64,000 nt of DNA from Octopus sinensis (GCF_006345805.1 NC_043004.1:73470001-73534000), one strand, 5' to 3'; positions 27,062-41,196 are shown, counted from the stretch's first letter. Numbers and translations: made by a program. Notes: generated from the sequence alone by a model not told the origin.

Positions 27062-27515
27062 TGTTTTTCGGTGTGAGGTAACACAAACATCAGACCGACC
27101 ACATCGCAGTCCTGGTAGCAACGATGGTAGCATGGCGGCGGCGGCGGCAGCGGTGGTGGTGGTGGTGGTGGTGTACATGATGGCAAGCTGGACCAGCTAA
27201 ATCCACCACCAGCAGAGATGTGAGGCTATTTGTCTCAGCATCCAGACAAAACCATGGAAACTCTGGGTAAAGTTAGAATGCGATGGTAATAATGATTAAA
27301 TGGGTGCGAGATGCCGATAATGATGATGATGATGATGATGCAGATGGATGCTGGTGAGGATGCGGATCTTTGTTGTGACGGCTTAAGATGATGATGGCTT
27401 TCTGAGTTGCTTAGTTTCGTGAACACAGTTTTATGTTGAATAACATAAACATACAATACACACACGCTTAATGCACATACACATATACACACCCTACACT
27501 TCCTACTCACACCTA

Positions 27516-27554
<39 letters not shown>

Positions 27555-28109
27555 GCACGTGCGCGTATGTGTGGGGGTGGGGTGGTTGTTTTTGTGCTCG
27601 TAAAGTTATATATATATAATATATAATATATATATATATGTGTGTGTGTGTGCGTGTATATATATATATATAATCCAAGTAAATTCCAGTAGTTTTGTGA
27701 ATTTCTCTTCAGATAATGTATTTGAAAAGTTGTTATTTTTTTTTTTTTTATATTGACAAAAATATTTGTGTATTGTTATATCGAAGTGTATGGGTTCGCA
27801 TATATTTTGATATGCATACAGAAATATATGTGTGTATGTTTGTATGTATGTATATGTGTGTGCGTGTAGATAGAAATATAATTATATTAAATATAGATAT
27901 ATATATAGTATATATATAAATATAAATATAAATATATATATATGTATATACGTATGTATATATATCTTTTGTATATGTGTGTATATATATTTAATATATA
28001 TATTTATGTGTGTGTGTATGTGTGTGTGTGTGTGTGTGTAAATGTTAGTGTATGTATATGTATAGGTGAAAAAAACTATATAAAGGTGAAGTTGTGATGT
28101 TTCACAGCA

Positions 28110-28150
28110 AGTCTAACTCCATAGGTGGTTCGCTCTGAATGTCTTTATAG
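28110..28150 (-). promoter_or_regulatory. Candidate netrin core promoter (TATA box plus Inr-like site)
   Basis: Minus strand reads GCTATAAAG (TATAAA at 28149-28144) with GGAGTTAGAC ~30 nt downstream. It sits in a non-repetitive island just downstream of a ~650-bp pyrimidine-rich (minus strand) tract, ~1.05 kb upstream of the ATG. Confidence 0.45.
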
Positions 28151-29544
28151 CTCCAAGGCGGCAACGATTTACTTTCACTAAGGAGAGAGACGGTAGGAGG
28201 GGGAGAAGAGGGAGGAGGAGGAGGAAGAGAGCGGCAGAAGGGGTTGGGTATATGTGCGAGTGAACGGGAGTGAGAAGCCACTGGATAGTGTGAGTGTAGG
28301 TGAGAGTGAGAGTGAAGAGGGACTTGGACGTGAGGAGGGGGACGGATGAATGAAAGAAGCCGGTGGAAGGGATACAGGGTGGTGGGGGGCGTGCGGCGAG
28401 CGTAGAGGAGGGTGAAGTTTTAAGGTTGGGTGAGGGAGAAATGGGAAGATATTGTATGAGAGAGAGGGGGAGATTAAAAGAGAGAACGTGTGTGACAGAG
28501 AAATTGTGAGACGACGTAGGAGGAGGAGTGTGAGAGATAGGGAAAGAGGGACAGAGCTCGTGCGAAAGAGAAAGAGAAGGTGGGAGGTCGTGAGAGATAA
28601 CGGGGGAAGGGGAGCGCGAGAGACAACGAGAGAGAGAGAGAGAGGAGAGAGAGTTGGGCAGAGAGAGAGAGAAAGAGTTGGAGATAGAAATAGTAAGAGG
28701 GGGGGAGGATGTAGAATTGCGACAGAGTAAAAGTTAAAGGAAAGAGAAAAAAGAAAAGAAGCTAAATGAAAGAGTGGGAAGAAGGGGAGTGAGAAGAAAG
28801 GGGAGGTAGGAGGAGTGGGAAATAACGACGGCGAAGCAGATAAGGAAGTGGAAGACGATAGAAAGTGTCTAAGGAGTCAGCTGTTCGAAATCCCCCTCCC
28901 TCCCCCCTCACTTGGTGTTTTCACCTGTGATACAAATACACACACACACACATACACACATACATACACACATACATACATATACTCTCTCTTAGGTTCG
29001 AAAATACATTCAGACCGCATCGGCATACGACACACACGCAGTCACCCTGGGACTTATCTATTATGGAGGTGAGGAGTCGATGAGAGTGTGTATGTGTATG
29101 TGGGAATAAACACAAGTGTGGTAAAGTTTGTGCAACTCCCTGTGTGTAAGTAAGAGACTCCATGTGTGTGTGTGTGTGTGTGTAAGTGTGTGTACACGTG
29201 AGAGAGAAAAAGAGAGATGTGTATGTCGTTTCGAGTTACGTCTCTTTCGGCTTTACGTCGTTCTTTTGTTTTCAGTTTCTTTTTTAATTTCGCTTTACGT
29301 CGGTCTCAGCGAACATATTTAAAAGTATAAAAATCAAAACACACACAACAACAACAGCAACAACAACAATTGGGCAGTGGAAAATGAAATGGAATAGAAT
29401 CGACGTCAAAATATGTACAAAACATTTATTAAAACAGAGACTAACGAATTTTTTTTTTAAATTGTTATTTTTGTGTTACTGAGTTTTCCTAGTTAATTCG
29501 CATTCCTTGGAACCGATCTAAGTTGAGCTCTGCATGCGTGCGTG

Positions 29545-29844
29545 CATGTATGTATGTTCGTATGTATGTATGTATGTATGTATGTATGCATGTATGTATG
29601 TATGTTCGTATGTATGTATGTGTGTATGTATGTATGTATGTATGTATGTATGTATGTATGTATGTATGTATGTATGTATGCATGTATGTATGTATGTATG
29701 TATGTATGTATGTATGTTCGTATGTATGTATGTATGTATGTATGTATGTATGTATGTATGTATGTTCGTATGTATGTATGTATGTATGTATGTATGTATG
29801 TATGTTTGTATGTATGTATGTATGTATGTATGTATGTATGTTCG

Positions 29845-29878
<34 letters not shown>

Positions 29879-30035
29879 TGTATGTATGTATGCATGCATG
29901 CATGTATGTATGTATGTATGTATGTATGTATGTATGTGTGTATGTATGTATGTATGTATGTATGTATGTATGTGTGCATGTATGTATGTATGTATGTGTG
30001 TATGTATGTATGCATGTATGTATGTATGTATGTGC
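29545..30035. repeat. (TATG)n microsatellite, ~490 bp
   Basis: Seen directly, with interspersed TTCG/CATG/TGTG variants. Confidence 0.98.
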
Positions 30036-30193
30036 GTGTATGAACATACAGTTATATATATATACACTCACACACGTTCGTTTGTATGTGGGGGGTGGTG
30101 CGCGTTTACAACTATATACACATATATACACACAAACAACTCCTGTGTTGGTCGATGCACATATGTTTACACGTGTGTGCGATCATATATGTG

Positions 30194-30225
<32 letters not shown>

Positions 30226-30373
30226 ACTATAGAAATGTGCACATGCGTGCAACTGTATAAATTTGTGTTCAGGTGTGAGTGTGTGTGTGTGTGTGCAGGT
30301 ATTATTTAGTTATTCAAATGAACATATATATATATATATATATATGCTATAAAATAAATAACATAAGTACATG

Positions 30374-30415
<42 letters not shown>

Positions 30416-32199
30416 ATATAATATATATATATTGCGTGTGTGTGTGTTTGTATGTGTATTTGATGTTGTTCTCCTTCGGCTCCCTCATCGTTTGTCCCGG
30501 GTGCTGTGTTTGTCACATTTGTTTGCGAATGTTCCCGAGTGACTGACTGCCTGTCGTAACATCAACTCCTCCGACACACACGCACAAACACGAACGCACA
30601 CACGCACACACACACAGTAGACACGCACACACGCACACACCAGCACCACCACACGACTTTTACCAACACCACAAAACTTATCACCGCCTCGTACCCCCTC
30701 CCACCTCTCACTGCAATTATCACCATAAACTCTTCTACCACCCACTCTCACTCTCACTCACACTCCAGTCTGCTTCTTTCCGTCAGCTAAGGCTACCGCC
30801 ACCACCACCACCACCACCTTCACAATCTCCCTATTTGATGCCACTTCCGTCTCTGCCACCACCACCACCACCACCACCACCACCAGCAGCACAACCGTCT
30901 TCATCATCATCACCACTATAAGCCCCGTCAGCATATCCACGACCACTTCTGTCACCCACTTACGTTACCACTATATTTTCTACTACAACTGTCACCGCCA
31001 CCATAACCACGAAAAACCCGCCACCACCACCATCACTACAACAAACTCCAACGCATACACCATCACCACCACCACCACCACCACTACTACCACTACGTCC
31101 GTCAGCACTGTCACCACCACTTCCGTCGGATATCTTCACCACCACCACCACCACCACTACCAGCAGCACCATTAACACGACTAACATCAACATCAACAAT
31201 ATGTCATCACGATCATCAAAGTATCGACTGCAAGAAATAGCAGCCAAATCTCTCACAGCTTCAACTCTAGCGTCTTAAAAAAGATGTAAGCCCGAATTAA
31301 CTAATATAGTACAAAAAGAAAAAGAAATAAAACAAAAAATAAACCAGCTGAGATCATCCTGACGGAAACACTTTTGATCATAGATACGCTTGTTTAACCC
31401 CCGGCCAATCCTAGCTGAGTTCAGGGAAATCTGGCTGTTATATTTAGCAATTTTAGCGTCCACTTAGTGGCTTCTTCGCTTGCCCGTAACGAAGTTATCG
31501 TTGCTATTAGAGTTGAAGGTGGTGATGGTGGTGGTGGTGGTGGTGGTGGTGGTGGCTGTGTATTGGCTAAGTTGAAGAGGTGGATGGAGGGAGTTGGTAT
31601 TAATATTATTGCTGCTGCTGCTGCTGTTGTTGTTGTTTTTGTTGTTGCTGAAATAAGAGAGGACGGCCGAAGAGTTGGGAGATACAGAGATAGAAAACCG
31701 AGTTATTGAATGAGAGGAAGAGAGAGAGTAGAGAAAACAATGAGGTTGTCTATGAGTTCGCGCGCGTTTGTGTGTGTGAGTGTGCGTATGTGTTTGAATT
31801 CTATAGTATATATATGTATGCGGTGGGGGGCGGGCGATGGTCGTGGTGGTAGAGGAATTCATACGACCGAGAGTATTGATGTCTTTAGTGAGTCTCTCGC
31901 CTGGTGTCGACGTTCATAGATTTCATGTACAGATGTGTTTCTGCGTGTAAAGTGGGCGCACGCAGATGCGATAATGCGATTAAGACGTTGCATTTCCGAC
32001 CATGTGGTTCAGCGTTCGATCCCATAACGCGGAATATTAGAAAATTTGACTATTACCACATTAGCCTGTGGATGAATAATAAATGCCTTGTGAAAAGAAT
32101 CTTTTCTGATAGGTCTAATAGCTTATGAACGTAGTACACACGCATTTATACACGTGTGTGTGTGTATTCACTCATATATATGTACACACCATCATCATC

Positions 32200-32235
<36 letters not shown>

Positions 32236-32239
<4 letters not shown>

Positions 32240-32950
32240 TTAACGTCCGTTGTCCATGCTGGCATGGGTCGGACGATTTGACCGCGCTGGCACGCTGCAC
32301 CGGGCTCCAGTTTGATATGGCATGGTTTTCTACGGTTGCATGCCCTTCCTAACGCTAACCAGCCCGAGAGTGTAATACGCCGACACGGGTGCCATTTGCG
32401 TGACACCAGGGTACTTTTAAGTGCCACCAGCATGGCCGATATTTGCGTCACACCGGTATCTGACATGGCGAGCTGGTAGAAACGTTAGCACACCGGGCGA
32501 AATGCCTAGCGGTATTTCGTCTGCCGTTACGTTCTGAGTTCAAATTCCGCCGAGGTCGACTTTGCCTTTCATCCTTTCGGGGTCGATAAATTAAGTACCA
32601 GTTACGCGCTGGGGTCGATGTAATCGACTTAATACCTATGTCTATCCTTGTTTGTCCTCTCTATGTTTAGCCCCTTGTGGGTAATAAAGAAATAGGTATC
32701 TGACACAACTGCGATTTTGCTCGGCTTGAAGGGTTTTCTTATCAAGCACGACATAATGCCAAAGGCCTCGGTCATTACCTCCGTGAGGCCCAACACTCGA
32801 AAGGAACTCAGCCACTTTGCCTCCACGAAGTCCAACGCTCGAAAGGTGTCCTTTACGTGCCACCAGCACGGGTTCCAGTTACCACGACCATGATTTCACT
32901 TGGCTTGACGGGTTCTCTCAAGCGCAGTACATCGCTAAAGATCTCGGTCG
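32236..32950 (-). mobile_element. RTE-tailed retroelement with (GAT)n tail, interrupted by a SINE
   Basis: (CAT)n, then TTTAACGTCCGTTGTCCATGCTGGCATGGGTCGGACG and TTTCTACGG..GCATGCCCTTCCTAACG, an RTE-type 3' end. Internal short repeats (GTGCCACCAGCA, CCAAC.CTCGAAAGG). Confidence 0.65.
32466..32694 (+). mobile_element. SINE family B (tail 2) with 11-bp TSD GGTATCTGACA
   Basis: TSD at 32455-32465 and 32695-32705. Core GCCTTTCATCCTTTCGGGGTCGATAAATTAAGTACC resembles the MetaSINE/Sauria-type central domain. Confidence 0.92.
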
Positions 32951-33073
32951 CTATTTTTTAGGCCTAGTACTTACTATAACGGTCCCTTTTGCCAAAACGA
33001 ACCGCTAAGTTACGAGGATGTAAACACACTAACACCGGTTGTCAAGCAGTGATAGGACAAACACAGATACAAA

Positions 33074-33108
<35 letters not shown>

Positions 33109-33354
33109 CTAGGTTCTTTCTGTTTCCGTCTATCAAATCCACTCACAAGGCTTTGATCAGCGGGTACAAGGCTTTAGATGTGCTGGTACTAGTTCCTTAC
33201 AGCCGTTTCTGCGAAGAGGCAAGAAAATCTTTCAGGTTATCTCCATCACTTCAATGTTATGCAGGGATGAACAGACAACGCTTCAGTAATGGATGTGCCC
33301 CTAGGTTTCTTCAGAGAGTCTAAGTAGTTTTGTGTGTGGGGAGTAACACATTTT

Positions 33355-33545
33355 TTTCTTTTATCTCTTGTTTCAGTTATTAGTCTACGGCCATGCAGGG
33401 GCATCACCTTAAAGATATTTTGTCGAGCGAATCGACACCAGTACTTATGCTTTAAAACCCTGGTTCTCTCGGTTCTTTTGGAGACGTAAACACACCAAGA
33501 CCGTTGTTACGCGGTAGAGGCTGACAAATACAAATACAAACACAA

Positions 33546-33621
<76 letters not shown>

Positions 33622-33792
33622 ATATATATGACTTGATTCTTTAAGTTTTCCACGATCAAATCCACTCACAAGGTTTTGGTCAGCCGCAGGCTTGAGTGGA
33701 AGGTACTTGTTCGAGATGCCTCGCAGTGGGACTGAACCTGAAACCATATGGTTTGGAAGCAAACTTTTTACCACACAGCTACATCTGCTCCT
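33355..33792 (-). mobile_element. SINE family A, diverged
   Basis: Reverse copy with (TA)n core; another partial copy at 32960-33160. Confidence 0.8.
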
Positions 33793-33804
33793 ATATGATA
33801 TATT

Positions 33805-34460
33805 ATTTTCTACTCTAGGAACAAGGCCCGAAATTTGTGGGGAGGGTCCAGTCGATTAGATGAACCCCAGTATGCGACTGGTACGTAATTTATCGACCCC
33901 GAAAGGATGAAAAGCAAAGTTGACCTCGGCGGAATTTGAACTCAGAACGTAAAGACAGGCGAAACATCTATATGATATATTATAAAAAGCTGATGATATA
34001 TTAGGTATTTCTAGAATTTCAGCGTATGAACTTGGAGAAATAGAAGAAACTATCGAAGAAATAATTTACAAAGGCACGTTTTCCGGTTCTTTACGTCCTG
34101 AGTTCAAATTCCACCGAGGTCAGCTTTGTCTTTCATTCTTCTGGGTTCAATTAATATAAAGTACTAGTTAAGCATTGAAGTCGATATTATCGACGAACCT
34201 CCTCAACTAAAATTGCTAATTTTGAGCGAAATTTTGAAACAGTTAAAAGCAGTGAGCAAACAGAGTCGTTGGTGTGCCGGACAAAATGCTCAGCAGTGTT
34301 TCATCCGTCTTTGCGTTCTGTGTTCAAATTCCACTGAAGTTGATTTTGCTTTTCATTCTTTCGGAGTCGATCACATAAGTATCAGTTGAATCCTACAGTC
34401 AATGCAATCGACTTGCCCCTCCCCACAAATTTTAGGCTTTCTGTCTGTAGTAGAAGAAAT
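33805..34460. mobile_element. Three SINE family B copies (one reverse, two forward, decayed)
   Basis: Core motif at ~33920 (-), ~34110 (+) and ~34330 (+). Confidence 0.75.
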
Positions 34461-35507
34461 TATAATGATTATAAAGAATATTTTTAACACTTACCGCAAA
34501 TCTTTTTTGAAATGTTTTCTTTCTCCTTTTATTTATTTTTCTATTTTAGATAACACTCTAAACTCAGAATCATAGTAAATATTTAAATAGTTGGACGATG
34601 CTTTAGAAGCTTATGGGGATCGATAAAATTAGTACCAGTCGAACGCAGGGATCGATGTAACCGACTTGCCTTCTCTTTCGAAACTTCTGGTCTTATGCCA
34701 AAACTTGAAAGCAATATTAAAGCTATAAACCCCATCGATGTAGAAAACACTAATAAAAACTGTTTAAGCAACAATGAAAAATTTGCACTTTTGTGGTCAA
34801 TTAAAAAAAATCGATCAAGGGCATTTTAAAAAGAAATGCTTTTGTTGGAATTTTGCAGTGCAATCTCTGTTTTGTTGTTGTCGAGATCTTTGGCATTGAC
34901 TGCTTTTTCGCTATCGTCTGTTTCTTTGACATTGCAGTAGTGGGAGTTAATTAATCTACAAACATAAGAACTATCAGACAATTTTGAGGGTGAAATGACC
35001 ATTTAGTTACTATATTTGTCTCTGTGTGTTGTGATAATATGAGTAAAGCATTTTATTATAGGTTTAACTGGCGAAAAATGATTTGGAGTTTAGCAATAAT
35101 TTGATTTAGAGAACAGTGTAAAAATACTAATAAAATTATGGAAACATGTACCAAAATTATTAAACCAAACACTTATATATACATTCGTATGTGTACGTCC
35201 ATAAATATAGTTCTCCCACAATATGTTAGAAAGAAACATTGATTTCGTCTCAACGTTGAAAATCTAAAAATGTGTATTTTATTGGCCTTTATGACCGGAA
35301 CAAGAGTTACCGTTAAAAAATCCAGCACATATAAATAAAAAAAAATTCAATATTATTTTACAAATATTGCATAGAATAAGAAAAATATATGCAATTTGAT
35401 TTTCAATTCCAGAATACAAATCACAATTTATTAAAATTTTATAGGGAAGGGGTAATGTTTTAAATAAATAATTTAAGATGGAAGAAAAATTGTCTTCCTT
35501 TTTTACT

Positions 35508-35566
<59 letters not shown>

Positions 35567-35748
35567 TTTTAATTCTTTGTCTCTCTTTCTCTCTGTTTTT
35601 TCCTTCTCTCTTTTTTCCACCACACTTGTAGAAGGTATTACTACTAATATTGATATGATAAAATGGTTTTACCAACTCAGAGCAAATTACATACACACTT
35701 ACAAAGATACATACATACATAATACATACATACATACATACATACATA

Positions 35749-36737
35749 CAGCGTGCAAGGGGTATTTAAGGACAATTAATCATCAGTATATTAATCTCTT
35801 CAAACTAGTCAAAAGGAATTTTTATTTCTTTCTGCAGATAAAATGCAAATACAAGAAATGAAAAGATATGCAGTCAATGTTGCGAAAGATACCAATTTGC
35901 AAATTATCACCTTTCTAAATGTTGCAGCATCTTTTGAGCAAAGAATTTGATGGAATTGGAAGTTTCTGCCGAGGATGTTTCAAACTGTCGGACACTAAAA
36001 GGATACCACAATTCGTCCAAGGTGTTCCAAACACTATCGATGATAGTCCCGGAAAATCAATGAAGGTTATCGCCAAAGAACTGCAGGTGTCAGAGTGAAT
36101 TATGCACGAAGACATTCAATACAAGTATGTATTGCGGCGAGGCCAATCCATGTCTACAAAAACATAGGAAAACTGTTTGTTCCATTCCAAGCGGTTACGC
36201 AACTAGATGACACGCTTTGGTTCTCTGATGAGAAAAACCTCGAGAAAGACCAAGAACTCAACAGGAGAAATGACAGATGGAGAAATGTTCAGATCATTCT
36301 GATCTTCCCAGAGTAATGCGTGCTACGTTTTACACATCTTTTCATGGATGTCAGATAATCTATACGATTCATATACCAAACTTGTGGCTTTCAAATTCAC
36401 CAGGTTTAAATCCCATGGACTAGTATGTTTGGAGCGATATTGAAAGAGAGACTAATCCACATTCTCTCAAAACCATGGTTTCACTGAATGCCACAATTGT
36501 CCAGCTGATGTCCAAAATGAATAAGAACCATTTAGTGCAAGCGTGTCAACAATCGAGTTCACACGTTGAAGCAGTCATCGAAGTTGATGGGGGATTCATA
36601 GAATAATCTTATTTTTAAAAAACCTTATCGAGAATATGCGCACATTTTTTTTTCATCAAAATACATTTAATTTCTTGCTAGATTAGAGGTGCTTTATTAA
36701 ATGATCAAATATGTTCTGAAATACCTCTCGCACCCTG
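35749..36737 (+). mobile_element. Decayed Tc1/mariner (maT/DD37D-like) transposon
   Basis: Imperfect TIRs CAGCGTGCAAGGGGTATTT / CAGGGTGCGAGAGGTATTT. Transposase remnants WFSDEK..QELNRRNDRW and NLWLSNSPGLNPMD*YVW (WPPNSPDLNPLDY-like). Confidence 0.8.
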
Positions 36738-36774
36738 CATATACACTTACAAATATATACACACGCGCACACAC

Positions 36775-37560
36775 TCAGGTCGTCCAGAAAGTAATGCAAA
36801 AGCAAGCATACATTTTTTATTAATAAGCTTACGTCTTCCAACTTACAAATATTAGTGGAATAACTCTTCCTGTATACACCCATATTACTCAACGATGCTT
36901 TTGTGTTATTAGAGAACTCAACGTTCAAATTCTATTTGAAATATTCAGATGTCCTCTGTTGTACACATTCCTCAGACGCTTTCACCTTGATGACACGTTG
37001 TTGCGACCCGTACAGAAAATCATGGTTTTTCTTTTGTTGTTTTATTTTTGTAATAACGGACGTCCTTCTTCATTTTCCGGAGACAGTTACACTGGACGCA
37101 ACGAGAAGTACAACGAAACGCGCAAAAACAAAAACAAAAAAAACAAACAAAATAAAAAGCAGAGAGGCCATTAGCCGGAAGAGGCGAGGCAGAATCTCAA
37201 TCCGATTCATAGTCAATATGAAAACGCGCAACTATATATCGTTGGTAAGAAATTAGGCAATTAGCAAACCGGACAATCATCGGATCCACATCCACTGTAC
37301 AACCCGGAACCTGGGTCCTCCGATTTTTAACTGTTTAATCCAGTGAAGGGCAGTATTTGAGGACAATGGTCGATTTCATAACGCAGACAAAATAAAAATG
37401 CCTGACAAATTGGAAAACAGAGCGGAACTCGTTATTTTCCTGCAATAAAAACAGGAAGAAAAGATAAGATAGAGGAAGAGTTACTCCACCAACGTGTGGA
37501 ATTTCAATGACATCAGTTAATAAATATGTTTTGCCAACTTTTGCATTTTTTTTGGGGGGG
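36775..37560 (+). mobile_element. Highly decayed mariner remnant
   Basis: GTCCAGAAAGTAATGCAAAAG at the left end and CTTTTGCATT at the right end. HPLYNPEPGSSDF*LF near 37290 resembles HPPYSPDLAPSDFHLF. Confidence 0.6.
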
Positions 37561-37825
37561 TGGGGAGTCCCTAATATTACGTATGATATATAATATTCAA
37601 AATATAACTACTCCGCCACACACATAACACACACATAACATGCATACTGACATATATGCATACATACATACATACATACATACATACATACATCACATAC
37701 ATACATACATACATACATACACACACGCACGCACACACACACACACACACATATAATATTCAAAATATAACTACACACACTCACGCACACATATTTAAAC
37801 ATATATGCATATATGTATATATACA

Positions 37826-38100
37826 TCTATTATATAAAATCCGTTCTATCTGTCTATGTGTGTGTGTGTCTTCTAGGATCTCGGGCATCCTCCATCCGAT
37901 TGCGCCCAAATTTGATATGTAGATACCGACAGTATCAGGGCGTGTATAAATCTTGAAGAAATTACAAAATTCGATTCCAGGTGAGAATGCGATCGATAAA
38001 GCCATGGGAACGTGCATTTGTACGCGCAAGTACATCAGCTGCGCGAGAAAAAGTCTCTCTTTATTTCTTCTTTTGCTGGTGTCTCAAATTTAGGTTAAAT
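37826..38100 (+). mobile_element. Helitron-like non-autonomous 5' portion
   Basis: Starts TCTATTATATAAAATCC, then (TCTG)/(TG) repeats and CCATCCGATTGCGCCCAAATTTG, typical of invertebrate Helitron-N 5' ends. No CTAG 3' end seen. Confidence 0.45.
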
Positions 38101-38249
38101 CAGTGTTTCTCAAAGGGGAGGCCTATGGGACGGTCGGACAAGTTGTTCTGAGAAAATTTGGTTTAAATGTTTGAAAACTCAGCATCGTCCATTGGACGCG
38201 GGGGGGGGGCGTTTTGCTCATATATATATATATTGTGTCTATGCATTCA

Positions 38250-38283
38250 AATATCCATCTATCTATCTATCTATCTATCTATA

Positions 38284-38332
<49 letters not shown>

Positions 38333-38396
38333 GTCTGTCTGTCCGTCTATCTATCTATGTCTGTCTGCCCATCTATCTATCTATGTCTGTCTGTCC

Positions 38397-38455
<59 letters not shown>

Positions 38456-38456
38456 C

Positions 38457-38487
<31 letters not shown>

Positions 38488-39620
38488 CATCTATCTATCT
38501 ATCTATCTATCTATCTCTCTCTCTATATATATATAAACATATATGCATATATATATTCATTTATATATGTAAACACATGTATGTATTCATATGTATCTGT
38601 TTTCTATCTATATAAATTGTATACATACATACATACATACATAATACATACATACATACATATATACATACATACACACACATACATTCATACATACATA
38701 CACACATACATACATACATACATACGTACATACATACATACATACATACATACATACATACATACATACATACATACATACGTACATACATACATACATA
38801 CATACATACATACATACATACATACATACATACATACATACATACATACATACATACATACACGCAAGCTCCACACAGAGATAAGCAAGAGAGCTTGAAT
38901 ATAATATTTTGTATAAATTCTGGGAGGCGATGAGACAATGTAAAAGTTGAGAGGAAAGTAGCGAAAAGAGGGACCAACTGGGAATTATATGAGGATTGAA
39001 GGGTCAGCAAGTTCGAAAGCGTGCAGGGGAGGGTCCCATGGTTGTAGCAAAGGGAAATGACGGAGGGCACAGAGGGATGGAACATGGCGATTTCCTGGAT
39101 GTCATCTACTCTGCTTCTATGCGTGTGTGTATATATGTATGTATTATGTATGTATGTATTACGTATGTATGTATGTATGTATGTATGTATGCATGTATGT
39201 ATGTATGTATGTATGTATGTATGTATGTATGTGTGTGTGTATGTATGTATGTATGTATGTATGTATGTGTGTATGTATGTGTGTATGTATGTATGTGTGT
39301 ATGTATGTGTGTATGTATGTATGTATGTATGTGTGTATGTATGAGCGTATGTATGTATTTATGTGTATGTATATATGTATATATGTATGTATGTAAGTAA
39401 GTATGTATGTATGTATGTATGTATGTATGTGTGTGTATGTATGTATGTATGTATGTATGTGTGTGTGTATGTATGTACGTATGTATGTGTGCATGTATGT
39501 ATGTATGCATGTGTGTATGTATGTATGTATGTATGTATGTATGTATGTATGAATGTATGTAAGTATTTATGTGTATGTATGTATATATGTATGCAAGTAT
39601 GAATGTGTGTGTATGTATGA
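38250..39620. repeat. Compound microsatellite block (TATC)n-(CATA)n-spacer-(TATG)n
   Basis: Seen directly. Confidence 0.95.
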
Positions 39621-39675
39621 ATGAATGTATGCGTGTATTTTGGGAAAATATTACTGTAAATGTGTGTGTGAGTGA

Positions 39676-39712
<37 letters not shown>

Positions 39713-39859
39713 CGTTTCACTATCCCATTTGTCTGTACAGTTTTCTGGTGTCTGTAAGAATTTGCACTCTCTCAACAGACGGAACACCTGTTCAGGACCG
39801 GAAAATGGAAACCTAGCCCATGCGGAGAAGTATAACTCCATACTCACACACATACAGAC

Positions 39860-39910
<51 letters not shown>

Positions 39911-40533
39911 CACACACGCAAAACCACACACCATACATACGCATATACACAAATATCTATGCATGTTTCTATAATTTGAGTATCTCCATAAGCAATTATA
40001 CAGAAATGTCTATCAACAGCTGAACGTGTGTATATGTGATTATGTTTGTCACATATATAGACAAGTGTGTTTAAACACCCACATATATGTATGGATCTAT
40101 ATATATGTATGTGTATGTGTGTGTGAGTGTGTGTGTGTATGTGCATGAAGTATATATATATATATTCATAAATACATATACACACAGACATATATATGTA
40201 TATCCAATAAATATGTGTGTGTGTGTAACACCTGCAGAAACAAAGTGATATTGAAAGTATACGTAGTGATATCTTTGTAAACAAATGATGGCATCTTTTT
40301 ATCAGTTTATTTGTCTGTCTGTCTGTCTATTAATTAATCTATCTGTTTCTTTACATGCCTATGTGTGTGTGAATCTGTGTATGTGTGTATATATGCATGT
40401 ATGTATATATTCATTTAGATATACACACACGCACTTATAGATATACATATTTATACATATATATATAAATTTGTGTTTGTATATATGTGTGTGTGTATAA
40501 GGATATATATACATATATATTATACACACTCGT

Positions 40534-40903
40534 AAAAATAGGACAAGAACGCGAAACATCCAGACTGACGATACAAAGAAAATAAGAAGGGGTCATTCGG
40601 AGTTTTCTTTTCTCAGTCGAGTCCCAGATTATATTTGCATTTTCGGCTGGTTATATTCGAGTTTACTCCAATCTGGCCAGCCCCAAGGAAAAACTAAGCT
40701 AAGAGCACTAGATTCCTTGGAAGTAAGCAGCGAATGTATACGAAAACAAGGACGGAAAATGCGGAGAAATGATACACGAATACCAATAACAGGATATTAA
40801 CAACAGGTGTCTTTCGACTAAGAACGAATTAAATTAAGCTGGCGTGATCCCTTTTTTTGTATCGCCTAACTGTCTGGATGTTTTGCATTCTTGTCCCATT
40901 TTT
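40534..40903. mobile_element. Element with ~50-bp imperfect inverted termini (Penelope-like terminal repeat or MITE)
   Basis: AAAAATAGGACAAGAACGCGAAACATCCAGAC.. vs the reverse complement of ..GTCTGGATGTTTTGCATTCTTGTCCCATTTTT; related fragment at 42875-43020. Confidence 0.7.
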
Positions 40904-40930
40904 GTATATATAGCGGCATACGTACACTTT

Positions 40931-41038
<108 letters not shown>

Positions 41039-41196
41039 CCACCTATACCTGGATATAACTCACTCAACAAGAACTCACTACTTGAATGGACCATAATACC
41101 ACAAAACATGGCTTAAAAAGGATTTAGATGATCCTATCAGGTGGTGCTATTAAGTTAGACATGGCCTGGACCAATCTTGGGTCGAAACATATCTAA

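Noticed and set aside
29489-30309. Long ORFs (up to 255 aa) of YVCM/HTYI repeats, and similar ORFs throughout the window
   Set aside because: Translations of stop-free (TATG)n, (TA)n, (CA)n and (TATC)n microsatellites.
36224-36250. CTGATGA...GAAA motif
   Set aside because: Coincides with transposase SDEK codons; no proper hammerhead stems.
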